The notes: a model not told the origin generated them from the sequence alone. A stretch of DNA of 64,000 bases from Candidatus Stahliibacteriota bacterium (GCA_016208615.1 JACQXS010000121.1:9160-73159), one strand, 5' to 3'; shown: positions 10,165 to 20,018, numbered from the stretch's first letter. Numbers and translations are program-made.

Positions 10165-10914
10165 TTAGACTTTTTTAGCTATTACACATAGTTCAGTGTA
10201 GCCACTTCTAAAAAATGACTGACGAATAATAGGCGAGTTGGAGCGAAGCCCCCGAATGCCTTCGGGGATAAACTCCAATCCCGCTTGTCCCGCTTCGGCG
10301 GTGGCTCCGGCGGGGAAACTAATATTAAGTAATTTCATTATCAAGCCATTGATACTAAAAGGGTCAATGCCTATAATTTTAAGCACATTGAACCTATGTT
10401 GCACAAAAATATCTTCTAACTGCTCGTAGCTATAGGATTTTTCATATCCGTGTTGCCACTTATTGAAATGTAGTAACCGATATACCTGCCATAGTGAATA
10501 TTTAGCAGGTACAAAAGTAATTAAGTAGCCACTATCTTTAAGAATTCTATCCATTTCAGATAGAAAAGCTGACTCATCTTTGAAGTGTTCCATCAGCCCG
10601 GAACTGAAAATTACATCAAACTTATTATCCGTAAATGGAGTATAACAGCAATCAGCACAAAAGGAAAACCTAATATCTTCTTTTACTCGTTTAATCGCCA
10701 CTATACTATTATCCAAAGCATAACTCTCTACATCTTTTCTATTATGCATAATTAACCTACTATTAGTGCCATATCCACAGCCGACTTCAATAACTTTTTT
10801 TGTCCCTACTATTCTATCCAGATAATAATTTATTATTTTATCTCTTTCTAAAATTAGCCACTTTTCAGCTTTACTCGTAGAATACTTTTGCCAATACTCA
10901 TTCCATTCAATCAT
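10165..10914 (-). CDS. Class I SAM-dependent methyltransferase with in-frame repeat insertion
   Basis: VIEVGCGYG, FDVIFSSGLMEH. Confidence 0.85.
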   Translation of the reverse strand: MIEWNEYWQKYSTSKAEKWLILERDKIINYYLDRIVGTKKVIEVGCGYGTNSRLIMHNRKDVESYALDNSIVAIKRVKEDIRFSFCADCCYTPFTDNKFDVIFSSGLMEHFKDESAFLSEMDRILKDSGYLITFVPAKYSLWQVYRLLHFNKWQHGYEKSYSYEQLEDIFVQHRFNVLKIIGIDPFSINGLIMKLLNISFPAGATAEAGQAGLEFIPEGIRGLRSNSPIIRQSFFRSGYTELCVIAKKV

Positions 10915-11725
10915 ATATTTTAAGCTCCGGATATATTCTTTGTTTTAGTTCCTTAATTCCTTGTATTACTCTGGGTCCGGGACGCAAAATAATATTCGGG
11001 TCTATATCTGTATAAATTCTGTTATTCTTCACGGCATTTACCTTTTGCCACCCCATCCGGGCTGCTGGATTTGACATAGAATGCATAACTATTATGACAT
11101 CCGGATTTTGCTTTACTACAAATTCAGACGATACAATAGGATATGGCTTATCTATACTCTGTGCTATATTTATTGCTTGTGCATCAGTAATAAGTTCATC
11201 GAGAAAACTACCCTGTCCACAAGTAAATAAAGGATTATCAGATAATTCAATTAACACTTTGCGTCTTTTAGGGGGTGAATATTTTTGGAGTACTTCAAAC
11301 TCCTGTTTCATTATCTTGACAAGCGAGTCAGCTTTATCTAATTTGCCAAGTAATGTGCCAATCTCCATAATAGAGCCATATATTTCATCAAGATTTTGAG
11401 GGTCTATGATAATCGCAGTAATACCCAATTCTTTTAACTTGGGTTGTAGATACTTTTGCTCACCTCCTGTAATGAACACCATATCGGGCTTGAGTGCAAC
11501 TATACTTTCAAGATTAGGGAAAGAGAAATTACCTACTATGGGCAGGTCTATCCCAGGTGGATAATCACAAGGAGTAACTACACCGACTAATTTATCCTGC
11601 GCCCCTATGGCATAAATAGTCTCAGTTACCGATGGCACAAGCGAAACTACACGAGATATAGGTTTAGTTTCAGCTAAAATGCTAACTCCCAAAAAGCTAA
11701 TTCCTAAAAAGCTAATCACTCGCAT
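10907..11725 (-). CDS. BtuF-like cobalamin/metal-chelate binding protein
   Basis: RVVSLVPSVTETIYAIG, PNLESIVALKPD, RPGPR. Confidence 0.85.
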   Translation of the reverse strand: MRVISFLGISFLGVSILAETKPISRVVSLVPSVTETIYAIGAQDKLVGVVTPCDYPPGIDLPIVGNFSFPNLESIVALKPDMVFITGGEQKYLQPKLKELGITAIIIDPQNLDEIYGSIMEIGTLLGKLDKADSLVKIMKQEFEVLQKYSPPKRRKVLIELSDNPLFTCGQGSFLDELITDAQAINIAQSIDKPYPIVSSEFVVKQNPDVIIVMHSMSNPAARMGWQKVNAVKNNRIYTDIDPNIILRPGPRVIQGIKELKQRIYPELKIYD

Positions 11726-12978
11726 ATTACTTTAGTTTCAAGTTCTTTCTTGAAATAGCCCATTGAAGAGTAAGTGGGCTCAAGGATTATTTTAATCTCA
11801 TATTCACCTGGTCCGACTATTTCGCCCTTATTATTCCTGCCATCCCATACAATATTCTGCTCAAAAGGTGCGCCCATAAATACGGGTAAAAAGTCTCGCA
11901 CCTCGTCTCCATTTTTGTATATTTTAGCTGAAATATAGGCGGGTTCAGTTAAATAGATAGATATAGTGCTACCCTTTTCTTTGGGATTAAAAATAGCAGG
12001 ATAACAGCCCTCAATATACCCATCTACGGCGACCCAAAAATAATCTATTGCTTCCTGTTCAACTATAAATACCTGACCAAATCTTTTCCATATATCAATA
12101 GCGCGGGGTGAAATAAATTTGCCCCCATCCGGTCGCTCTACTTTAGTTATGTATTTTAAGAACCTATCAAATTTATGTACACAGCCCTTTTCTTTGTCAG
12201 TTACCCAAATATTACTATAATAGTCAATCGCACAATCAGATAGCTCACTTTCCAACATCTCTGACCGAACAAGGAGCTTGCCATTAGAATCAAACTTTTG
12301 TATCCTTTTGCCACCTTCATCTATAACTATCAGAAATTCTTCCTTGTAATATGACCAACTTTCGTTTTCATTAGTAATAGCTACGGCTATGGGATTAGAA
12401 AGGTCTAAAATTTGCCTAATAAACTTGCCCGTAGAATCAAAAACTTGTACCCTGTTATTCCCTCTATCCGCGACCCATATTTTGCCTTCTATGTCAATAG
12501 CTACATCCCACGGAGTATCAAATTCAGCAGTATCACAGCCAAACTTACCTATTACTTTAACCCATCTGATAGAATCTATATCATTTTTGAGTTTGACTAC
12601 TCTATTGTTTTCAACATCTGCGACATAGACATTGCCATCAGGAGAAGCCGCAATTCCACCGGGCCACCAACATTCGCCTACCCCACTACCTAATTTACCA
12701 TATACTTTTAAGTCTTTCAGTGATTGGTTATAGACAATTTGATTTGCCTGCGAATTGGTGCAGTAAAGAGTTAATTCATCATCATCTTCGCCCTTCTTGG
12801 GGTCATCAAGGGATTTCAATTTACAACATGCAATTCCTTGTGGCTCCTGAAAGCTAATTGATTTACCCAAAAGCATACGCAATTCGTAGGGAGTAGCACG
12901 ATAATAGCCAAGCGTATGACCAAATGGGGGCTTTATAAGTGTGGTAGGAGAGAGAAATAAGATTAAAAAAATAATCAC
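11716..12978 (-). CDS. NHL-repeat beta-propeller with C-terminal FlgD Ig-like domain
   Basis: VYVADVENNRV, IWVADRGNNRVQVFD, WDGRNNKGEIVGPGEY. Confidence 0.8.
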   Translation of the reverse strand: MIIFLILFLSPTTLIKPPFGHTLGYYRATPYELRMLLGKSISFQEPQGIACCKLKSLDDPKKGEDDDELTLYCTNSQANQIVYNQSLKDLKVYGKLGSGVGECWWPGGIAASPDGNVYVADVENNRVVKLKNDIDSIRWVKVIGKFGCDTAEFDTPWDVAIDIEGKIWVADRGNNRVQVFDSTGKFIRQILDLSNPIAVAITNENESWSYYKEEFLIVIDEGGKRIQKFDSNGKLLVRSEMLESELSDCAIDYYSNIWVTDKEKGCVHKFDRFLKYITKVERPDGGKFISPRAIDIWKRFGQVFIVEQEAIDYFWVAVDGYIEGCYPAIFNPKEKGSTISIYLTEPAYISAKIYKNGDEVRDFLPVFMGAPFEQNIVWDGRNNKGEIVGPGEYEIKIILEPTYSSMGYFKKELETKVICE

Positions 12979-13123
12979 TTGATTTATTTATAAATGATTT
13001 CTCTTGTCTTGCAAGAAAAAAAGTGTTGACCTGAGTAAAAATTGAGTTATTATATCATTGGCTCTTTGAGTTATATGTAGGGACATAATTTATTATGTCC
13101 ATTAAGTAACTTACTTGTTAGAA

Positions 13124-13229
13124 GCCCAGTCAAGGCCAAGTGAGTTGCCCCGTTAATTCGGGGTACTCTATTGCTCCAAGTCCTTGACTGGGTAATCATA
13201 GCTTTGTAGAGAAGTTATGATTGAGCAAT
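13124..13229 (+). ncRNA. Candidate pseudoknotted RNA, family unknown
   Basis: Four complementary helices visible; promoter-like TTGACC-16-TATTAT at 13026-13053. Confidence 0.45.
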
Positions 13230-13300
13230 TTGGGTGCCCCTTTTTATTTATGGGGTTTATGGAATACTAAATGCTGAATTATGAATGCTAAATTTGATGG

Positions 13301-13392
13301 GTAGGGCAAGACTTTTCGGAACGAAGTGGAGATCCCGTTTTGACGGGAAGCCTTGCAATCATCAAAAAGCAAACCTAAAGGTTTGCCCTACA
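13301..13392. repeat. GTAG-type REP doublet with a nested second element
   Basis: GTAGGGCAAGACTTT..AGCCTTGC and inverted GCAAACCTAAAGGTTTGCCCTAC; the latter is identical at 25781-25804. Confidence 0.75.
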
Positions 13393-13657
13393 TAACAAAA
13401 TATGCAAAATAAATGCCAAATCTGTAATCAGTACTTTACCATTGATAAATTGGGTATGCAGAAAATGTCAATCCCAAAGGTTAAAAGAATACAGGAAAAA
13501 ATACTGTGAGTTGTGGAGGAAAAGGCATCCTGATTACCATAAAAAGTATATGAAAACACAGTATTATAACCGCTTTACTTAAGCCGTTGTCTTTTGAAAA
13601 GACATTTGCTATTGCTATTTTCTCTATTATTTTTGAGTTGAAAGGAGGTGATATAAG

Positions 13658-14485
13658 ATGAAAGCGATGAAGAAAAAATATAGTATAGCAATTTGTGTAT
13701 TTACAAGTATCGTGGGATTTGGTGGAGTAACTTATGGACAAACGGATTACATACTGGAGAATAATCGCCAGTTCATGCCTCCTAACTGTCCTGTATATAC
13801 TGTTAATGCTGTAGATGATGATTCTATGAGTGTAATATATTGGAAGCTTCCGCCAGTTTTGAAACCCGGGATGACATATTTAGTTCAAGTGAAGTGGAAG
13901 TTTTGGACCAATCATGTTCCTGTTTTTTATATGAATTATTTTGGCGATTGGAATCCAAATGTTGAATTGGCTCAAAGTCAGATGTATGGTGGTATTCCAT
14001 CTTGCGATGAAGAATTTATAGATGTTTTTACTTTCACAGTGCCAACTACACCCGGATGGTACAGAATTAGATTTATGGCAAGGGGCTGGTATGATCCGGT
14101 AACCAGTTTTTATGGAACTTCGGGCGTTCTTCCAAACTGGTATAGCGAAATACTATTTCATTCTGGATATAATGTTAAAGTAGAGGAAAAAGATGTATTT
14201 CCGTCCACTTATGAAGTCTCGCAAAATTTCCCTAATCCTGCTCGTATGCAAATGACTATCCAGTATCAAATACCCACTGAATCTAATGTACGGATTATTG
14301 TCTATAATACTGCGGGACAAATTGTGAAAACGCTTATAAATGGTGAGCGGATAAAAACAGGGAATTACAATATTGTTTGGGATGGCAAAGATAGTGAAGG
14401 CAAAGAAGTCTCCACCGGCACTTATTTTTATACACTTGATGTCAATGGCAAGCAAACTTCCAAGAAGGCTATCCTGTTGAAATAG
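13658..14485 (+). CDS. Secreted protein with C-terminal FlgD/T9SS type A-like sorting domain
   Basis: Signal peptide; SQNFPNP..VYNTAGQIVKTL..WDGKD..STGTYF..KKAILLK. Confidence 0.85.
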   Translation: MKAMKKKYSIAICVFTSIVGFGGVTYGQTDYILENNRQFMPPNCPVYTVNAVDDDSMSVIYWKLPPVLKPGMTYLVQVKWKFWTNHVPVFYMNYFGDWNPNVELAQSQMYGGIPSCDEEFIDVFTFTVPTTPGWYRIRFMARGWYDPVTSFYGTSGVLPNWYSEILFHSGYNVKVEEKDVFPSTYEVSQNFPNPARMQMTIQYQIPTESNVRIIVYNTAGQIVKTLINGERIKTGNYNIVWDGKDSEGKEVSTGTYFYTLDVNGKQTSKKAILLK

Positions 14486-14502
14486 TTGCTGGTAATTATT
14501 TT

Positions 14503-14533
14503 AAGCCCTCTTGAGCAATCAGGGGGGCTTTTT
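14503..14533 (+). terminator. Intrinsic terminator
   Basis: AAGCCCTCTTGA-GCAA-TCAGGGGGGCTT then T run. Confidence 0.85.
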
Positions 14534-14589
14534 ATTTTGAGTATTATTTTCTTGACATTCTGTAAATTTCACTTTATTATTAAAAACAA

Positions 14590-15088
14590 ATGAAAGTAGT
14601 AAAAATTTATTTGGATACATCTATTATAAGCTTTACGCAGGCTTACGATGCTATGGAAAAAAGAGAACTAACATTGGAATTTCTTAATCTATATGTGAAA
14701 AAAGGCATTTATGCTGTTTTTATTTCCCCTATAGTAATTGATGAAATCAATAAATCAAAAGATAAAGCTCAAAAAGATAAACTTTTAGAAGTAATAAAGT
14801 CTTACGCTATAAATGTGTTAGACATTTGTTGAACTTAATAGAGAAGAAATAGTGGAACTGGCGGGCTTGTATATAGAAAAAGGTGTAATACCAAGCAATA
14901 AAATGGAAGATGCTATGCATATTGCAATAGCTACAATAAATGAGATAGATATACTGTTGAGTTGGAACTATAAACACTTGGCAAACATTAATAAAGAAAG
15001 AATGATTTTGGCAATAAATTTGTTAGCAGGTTATACAAAACCACTGCGAATGATAACTCCTATGGAGGTAATTTATGAAAAAGAGTAA
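14590..15088 (+). pseudogene. PIN/VapC-family toxin, frameshifted near 14825-14827
   Basis: IYLDTSII N-half and EDAMHIAIA..LLSWNYKHLAN C-half; removing one T gives continuous DIVELNREEIVEL. Confidence 0.8.
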
Positions 15089-15278
15089 AGTTTCAAAATC
15101 ATTATTAGAAGTATGGGAATGGAAAGATTTGGCTTATAAAGAAGTTGAAACCCTACCAATAGAAGAAGCGATAAAGAAAAGAATCTCCGATTCGTTAAAG
15201 GCAACAAAAATTATGGGATTTACTCTACATAGAAAACCTGTTGAAAAAATTATACCTTCAACTCTTACCACTTATTAA
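15075..15278 (+). CDS. Small protein, probable partner of the PIN toxin
   Basis: 67 aa, overlaps PIN stop, GGAGG RBS. Confidence 0.6.
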   Translation: MKKSKVSKSLLEVWEWKDLAYKEVETLPIEEAIKKRISDSLKATKIMGFTLHRKPVEKIIPSTLTTY

Positions 15279-15752
15279 AGTACTATTTGAAATCGTGCTC
15301 ACAACTTTGATTTTCAATTCCATTTTCATTACAAGAGCATCTTTACCATCCGGGTAATATAGTTTCTTGTTTCCACTCTCCTTAAATCCAAACTTCTTAT
15401 ATAAACTTATAGCTGCTAAATTTTGTTCCCTTACTTCCAGTATAGCCAACTTTTTATTTTCTATCCTTGCGTAATCCAGCATATATAAAACAATAGCACT
15501 TCCTATACCTTTTCTTCTATAATTATCTTTCACGGCAAGATTGGCTATATGTAAGTATGAATCAAATAACATCGCTACTCCATATCCTATTACACTATTC
15601 TCCAAATTATCTGAATTTTCGTAGACGGTGGCAAGTGAAGGTTTTAGGGCAAGCAAGGACTTAAACTCTTCTATTGGCCATGGGTCATCAAAGCACTTGT
15701 TTTCTATTTCGCTGACTACCCTAATATCCGCATCTACCATTTTACGAATCAT
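15258..15752 (-). CDS. rimI: Ribosomal protein alanine N-acetyltransferase
   Basis: HIANLAV..RRKGIG, LEVREQN..AISLYKKFGF, YYPDGKDALVM. Confidence 0.88.
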   Translation of the reverse strand: MIRKMVDADIRVVSEIENKCFDDPWPIEEFKSLLALKPSLATVYENSDNLENSVIGYGVAMLFDSYLHIANLAVKDNYRRKGIGSAIVLYMLDYARIENKKLAILEVREQNLAAISLYKKFGFKESGNKKLYYPDGKDALVMKMELKIKVVSTISNSTLISGKS

Positions 15753-15864
15753 TTATAGTGGATTATTAAAGACAAATCGCTACCCTTAATCTACACCGGG
15801 TGTTATTCAGATTGGGTTCAATATCCCCCACACTAAAGTATGGGGTTAATGCCTATAAACTGGG

Positions 15865-16224
15865 TTATACGGATACAGAGGTTTTAACTTTTTCTACAAG
15901 TGTACCGAAGGCATCTGGATTTTCTCGTGCAATAACTGCCAGTTCCTTACGATTTATTTTTATATTCAGCTGATTTAATCCCCACATAAACCTATTGTAA
16001 GGAATCCCAAACTCTCTGCACTTCGTATTAATCTGGAGTATGGCAAGTTGCCGGAAGATGCGTTTCTTTTTTCTTCTATCCGCATATGCAAATACAAGTG
16101 ATTTCATCACCTGTTCTCTTGCTATCCGGTAGCAGCTACCTCTTTTTCCTTTATATCCCTTAGCCAGTTTTAGCCACCCTTTTCTGCGTCGTCGTGTCTT
16201 AAATCCTCCCCTTGATCTTGGCAT
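15865..16224 (-). CDS. rplT: 50S ribosomal protein L20
   Basis: AKGYKG, AYADRRKKKRIFRQL; operon context. Confidence 0.97.
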   Translation of the reverse strand: MPRSRGGFKTRRRRKGWLKLAKGYKGKRGSCYRIAREQVMKSLVFAYADRRKKKRIFRQLAILQINTKCREFGIPYNRFMWGLNQLNIKINRKELAVIARENPDAFGTLVEKVKTSVSV

Positions 16225-16225
16225 A

Positions 16226-16417
16226 TTAGTATGGGATAAGCTTTTTTATTCTCTTTTTATCTGCCTTGCTCACAGTCACCATTTTCGCTAAATTGCGTTT
16301 TCTTTTGCGTGTCTTTCCTGTAAGCAAATGTCCATGGTATCCTTGCTTTCTTTTAATTGAATTGGCACACTTCTTAAACCTCTTCTTCGCCGACCTATTT
16401 GTTTTGACTTTTGGCAT
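16226..16417 (-). CDS. rpmI: 50S ribosomal protein L35
   Basis: MPKVKTNRSAKKRFK. Confidence 0.97.
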   Translation of the reverse strand: MPKVKTNRSAKKRFKKCANSIKRKQGYHGHLLTGKTRKRKRNLAKMVTVSKADKKRIKKLIPY

Positions 16418-16928
16418 CTTTTTTTGGTGTAATAAGAATTTTTGCTGTGTTACCTTCGATTAGTGGTTCTTGTTCTAAAATTCCCCCCTCTTCTAAGAAT
16501 TTCGCAAATTTCAACAAAATCTCTTTCCCTCTATTGGCGTAAATTTTTTCCCTTCCTCTGAATCGTAATTTTACTACTATTTTATCGCCGTGTTCTAAAA
16601 ACTCTTTCGCCCATTTCAACTTTACCGCTATATCTGCTTCCTGAGTATTCATTCCTAATTGTATTTCCTTAATTTCCGCTGGTTTTCGTTTATGTTTTTC
16701 GCTCCTATTTTTTTCATACTTATATTTACCATAATCCATAATCTTACATATTGGTGGCGTTGCAGTAGGAACCACTTCAACTAAATCCAATCCCATTTCT
16801 TTTGCCATTCTAATTGCTTCTTCTCTTGGTATCACACCTATTGGCTTCCCATCAGCTCCAATTACTTTGAGTTTAGAAAATCTAATTCTCTCGTTTACTC
16901 TTAACTCTTTTTCAGGATAGGGTCTCAA
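16395..16928 (-). CDS. infC: Translation initiation factor IF-3 (TTG start)
   Basis: RVNERIR, LDLVEV, PPICKIMDYGKYKYE. Confidence 0.96.
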   Translation of the reverse strand: MRPYPEKELRVNERIRFSKLKVIGADGKPIGVIPREEAIRMAKEMGLDLVEVVPTATPPICKIMDYGKYKYEKNRSEKHKRKPAEIKEIQLGMNTQEADIAVKLKWAKEFLEHGDKIVVKLRFRGREKIYANRGKEILLKFAKFLEEGGILEQEPLIEGNTAKILITPKKDAKSQNK

Positions 16929-18726
16929 GTTTTTTGTCTAATAGTTCAATAAATTCTTCAATTTTAAGCACTCCGATATTTCCCTTGCCGCGCTCTCTTA
17001 CTGAAACAGTCCTCATCTCCATCTCTTTCTGTCCTACAATTAACATATAAGGCACCTTATTCAAACTTGTTTCTCTAATTTTAGCACCAATAGGTTCGTT
17101 GTCAATAGATAATTTAATTCTATATTTTTGAAGTTCGTTGGATACTGATTTTGCATACCCTACCGCTTTCTCCGTAATGCTTGCTATTACTATTTGAACT
17201 GGCGCAATCCATACAGGGAATGCCCCTTTATAATGCTCTGTAAGGCAGCCCACAAATCGTTCCATTGAGCCAAGCACTGTGCGATGAATCATTATTACGG
17301 GATGGGGTTTATTGTCTTTATCTATGTACTGGACATTAAATCTTTGCGGAAGGTTAAAGTCGAACTGAATTGTGGGCCCCTGCCACCCTCTCCCCAAAGC
17401 ATCCAAAAGCTCTATATCTATTTTAGGTCCATAGAAGACAGCTTCGCCTTCTACTCTTTTGTATTGTAAATTTCTTGTCTCTATTGCTTGTGCTAATACA
17501 CTTTCTGCCAATTCCCATTGCTCATCACTACCTGCATATTTAGATTTTGCATTTGAGTCTCGCACAGATAAGTTAATCTTAAACTCGCTGAAGCCAAAAG
17601 TTTTTAACATTTGTATTGCTAAATCCAACACTCCTAATACTTCATCAAGCACTTGTGTCTGGTGGCAAAAAATATGTGCATCGTCTTGTGTGAACCCCCG
17701 TACTCTTGTAAGTCCATACAGAACGCCTGACCGCTCATATCTATAAACTGTACCAAGTTCAGCATATTTAATGGGTAACTCTTTATAACTGCGGGTATGG
17801 GAAGTATACATTAAAATATGATAGATACAATTCATAGGCTTTAATACATAATCATCTTCACCAAATTTTAACACCGTCATTTGTTCATAATAATCAAAGT
17901 GTCCCGAAATCTTCCATAAATGTGCTTTCGCAATATGAGGAGTATAGACAAGTTGATACCCTCTCTTTCTATGTTCTTGTTTCCAAAAATTCTCTATTAT
18001 CTCTCTAATAATCGCTCCATTGGGATACCAACTTACAAGTCCTGGTCCCGCATCCTCAAATATACTAAACAAATCCAGTTCTTTTCCCAATTTACGGTGG
18101 TCACGCTCTTTGGCTTCTTCAAGTCTTTTAAGTTCAGTATCCAGTTCAGTTTGAGTGGGAAAGCTTACCCCATATATTCTTTGTAGCATGGGCTTATTTT
18201 CATCTCCTCTCCAATATGCACCTGCTAATTTAAGTAATTTGAATACCCCAATCCTTCCGGTGCTTGGAATATGAGGTCCGATGCACAAATCAACAAAATT
18301 ATCCTGTTCATAAATAGATATATTATCTTCTAATTCATTAAGTAGTTCAACTTTATATGGTTGATTTAGTTCTGTAAATAGTTTTATAGCTTTATCTTTT
18401 TTGATTGCTTTTCTGACAAAGAAAGTATCCCTATTTATTATTTCTTGCATCTTGTTTTCTATTTTACCCAAGTCTTCGGGTGTAAAGTGATATGAGGAAT
18501 CAAAGTCATAATAAAATCCATTCTCTATGGCAGGTCCGATAGCAAGTTTGACATCAGGAAACAACTCCATAACCGCTTGTGCCAAGATATGAGCCGTAGA
18601 ATGCCAATATATTTGCTTCCCTTCGGCGTCAGCAAAAGTAATGGACTTAACTCCTGCATCATCCCCCGGAACATAAGATAGGTCGTATAATCTACCATTC
18701 ACCATAATAGCAATCTTTTCTTCCAT
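16912..18726 (-). CDS. thrS: Threonine--tRNA ligase (short N-terminus)
   Basis: HSTAHILAQAV, RDHRKLG, LKPMNC, RVRGFTQDDAH. Confidence 0.98.
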   Translation of the reverse strand: MEEKIAIMVNGRLYDLSYVPGDDAGVKSITFADAEGKQIYWHSTAHILAQAVMELFPDVKLAIGPAIENGFYYDFDSSYHFTPEDLGKIENKMQEIINRDTFFVRKAIKKDKAIKLFTELNQPYKVELLNELEDNISIYEQDNFVDLCIGPHIPSTGRIGVFKLLKLAGAYWRGDENKPMLQRIYGVSFPTQTELDTELKRLEEAKERDHRKLGKELDLFSIFEDAGPGLVSWYPNGAIIREIIENFWKQEHRKRGYQLVYTPHIAKAHLWKISGHFDYYEQMTVLKFGEDDYVLKPMNCIYHILMYTSHTRSYKELPIKYAELGTVYRYERSGVLYGLTRVRGFTQDDAHIFCHQTQVLDEVLGVLDLAIQMLKTFGFSEFKINLSVRDSNAKSKYAGSDEQWELAESVLAQAIETRNLQYKRVEGEAVFYGPKIDIELLDALGRGWQGPTIQFDFNLPQRFNVQYIDKDNKPHPVIMIHRTVLGSMERFVGCLTEHYKGAFPVWIAPVQIVIASITEKAVGYAKSVSNELQKYRIKLSIDNEPIGAKIRETSLNKVPYMLIVGQKEMEMRTVSVRERGKGNIGVLKIEEFIELLDKKLETLS

Positions 18727-18797
18727 AATATTAATTAGATTTATTTTTGTGTAATAATTTAGCTATTCCAAAGCAGCAGGCGCCCAAAATAACCCAA

Positions 18798-19820
18798 CTA
18801 TCTTTCTAAATATTCAACTACAAGTGTTGAATTCCTTATATATCCCGTAGAAGAATCTGTTGCTTTTATATAAACCTTTACAGAATAATTAGATTCTCCG
18901 GTAAAGTAACAGGGATAATGCATACGAAAATTGTTATAAATAGTATCCTCAATCGCAGTAAAGAAACATGGAATAGTATCTTTACGCCACACATTATCGC
19001 TAACGCCATTGTAATTACTAAAGGCATAACTTCCCATATTTAATGCACTAATAATAATACCGGGGGATACCCCTCCGGGTTGCATGGGATTAGTAAAAGT
19101 TCTTTTCATTTCACATATCAATGCTAATTCTGTAACTATAGTTGAGTCACTGGGGGGAGCGAAATTAAAAGTCATAACTTTGTCCCAATTATCTGTGGCG
19201 GATGTATGTTCTGCTGGGTCGCTCTGTATATTGAATTGCATAGTCCCACCTCCTCCGGGCACATAATTTGCAGTATCCGCTATATTTGCCTTCGGATATT
19301 CTGTACCCCACACATTACCGTTCCATTGATAAGAATTTGCAGAAATTCTTGATGAGTCAACATACAATACATTTGTAGATTTAGCATAATCTGCTGTATC
19401 TGCTTTCAATGCTTTGATTGCATACCCGACGGATACTAATTTTTGTCTCGGACTGAGTATCTCGGTCATTACCTGTATTTCAAGCCATAAAGGAGCACCT
19501 GTAAATATGGTCAACGGTATAGGGGTCTCACTACCAAGCAATACATTGAAAATACCTTTGCTAACCGGAACTGCTATATGTGCTTCACTCCATACCGAAC
19601 TACCACCTGTAGATGTAGTATATAACCTAAAAAGCATACCAAGGGTATCCGTAATACCGCTATTACTGGTATCAGTTGCACTACCAAGCCACCCCTGGTA
19701 ATTAATTTCCTGCGGTATATTCTTACTACCCAAGATAGGCACATCGGAATTTACTTTACTTACAGCCACAGGCTTTGCTTGTAAAACTAATACTATTATG
19801 GACATCAATATTCCTTGCAT
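18798..19820 (-). CDS. Secreted hypothetical surface protein
   Basis: Signal peptide; IPQEINYQG..GIFNVLLGS..LWLEIQV..PRQKLVSVGYA. Confidence 0.65.
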   Translation of the reverse strand: MQGILMSIIVLVLQAKPVAVSKVNSDVPILGSKNIPQEINYQGWLGSATDTSNSGITDTLGMLFRLYTTSTGGSSVWSEAHIAVPVSKGIFNVLLGSETPIPLTIFTGAPLWLEIQVMTEILSPRQKLVSVGYAIKALKADTADYAKSTNVLYVDSSRISANSYQWNGNVWGTEYPKANIADTANYVPGGGGTMQFNIQSDPAEHTSATDNWDKVMTFNFAPPSDSTIVTELALICEMKRTFTNPMQPGGVSPGIIISALNMGSYAFSNYNGVSDNVWRKDTIPCFFTAIEDTIYNNFRMHYPCYFTGESNYSVKVYIKATDSSTGYIRNSTLVVEYLER

Positions 19821-20018
19821 CTTATCCTCCTTTTTTCTGAAACTATTGTAATAGTTTAGCTATTCTAAAGCAGATGTCAAGAAAAAAGAATTAAATGTGG
19901 TGTGGTTAATTTTTTTCTTGACAAGCTGATTTTTGAGTATAAATAGAATACGAATGAGAATAGTTAATAGATAAGGGGGTGCTTGTGGTTTAAGTAGGTA
20001 CAATTAAAAGATACTTAT

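Noticed and set aside
13124..13229. HDV-like ribozyme, SRP, RNase P, tmRNA or known riboswitch
   Set aside because: Their conserved nucleotides are not visible; kept only as an unknown structured RNA.
14830..14832. Selenocysteine read-through in the PIN gene
   Set aside because: TAA follows two codons later and the protein continues in another frame; it is a frameshift.
16912..16928. Non-ATG start of infC as a novelty
   Set aside because: Non-AUG starts are well known for infC.
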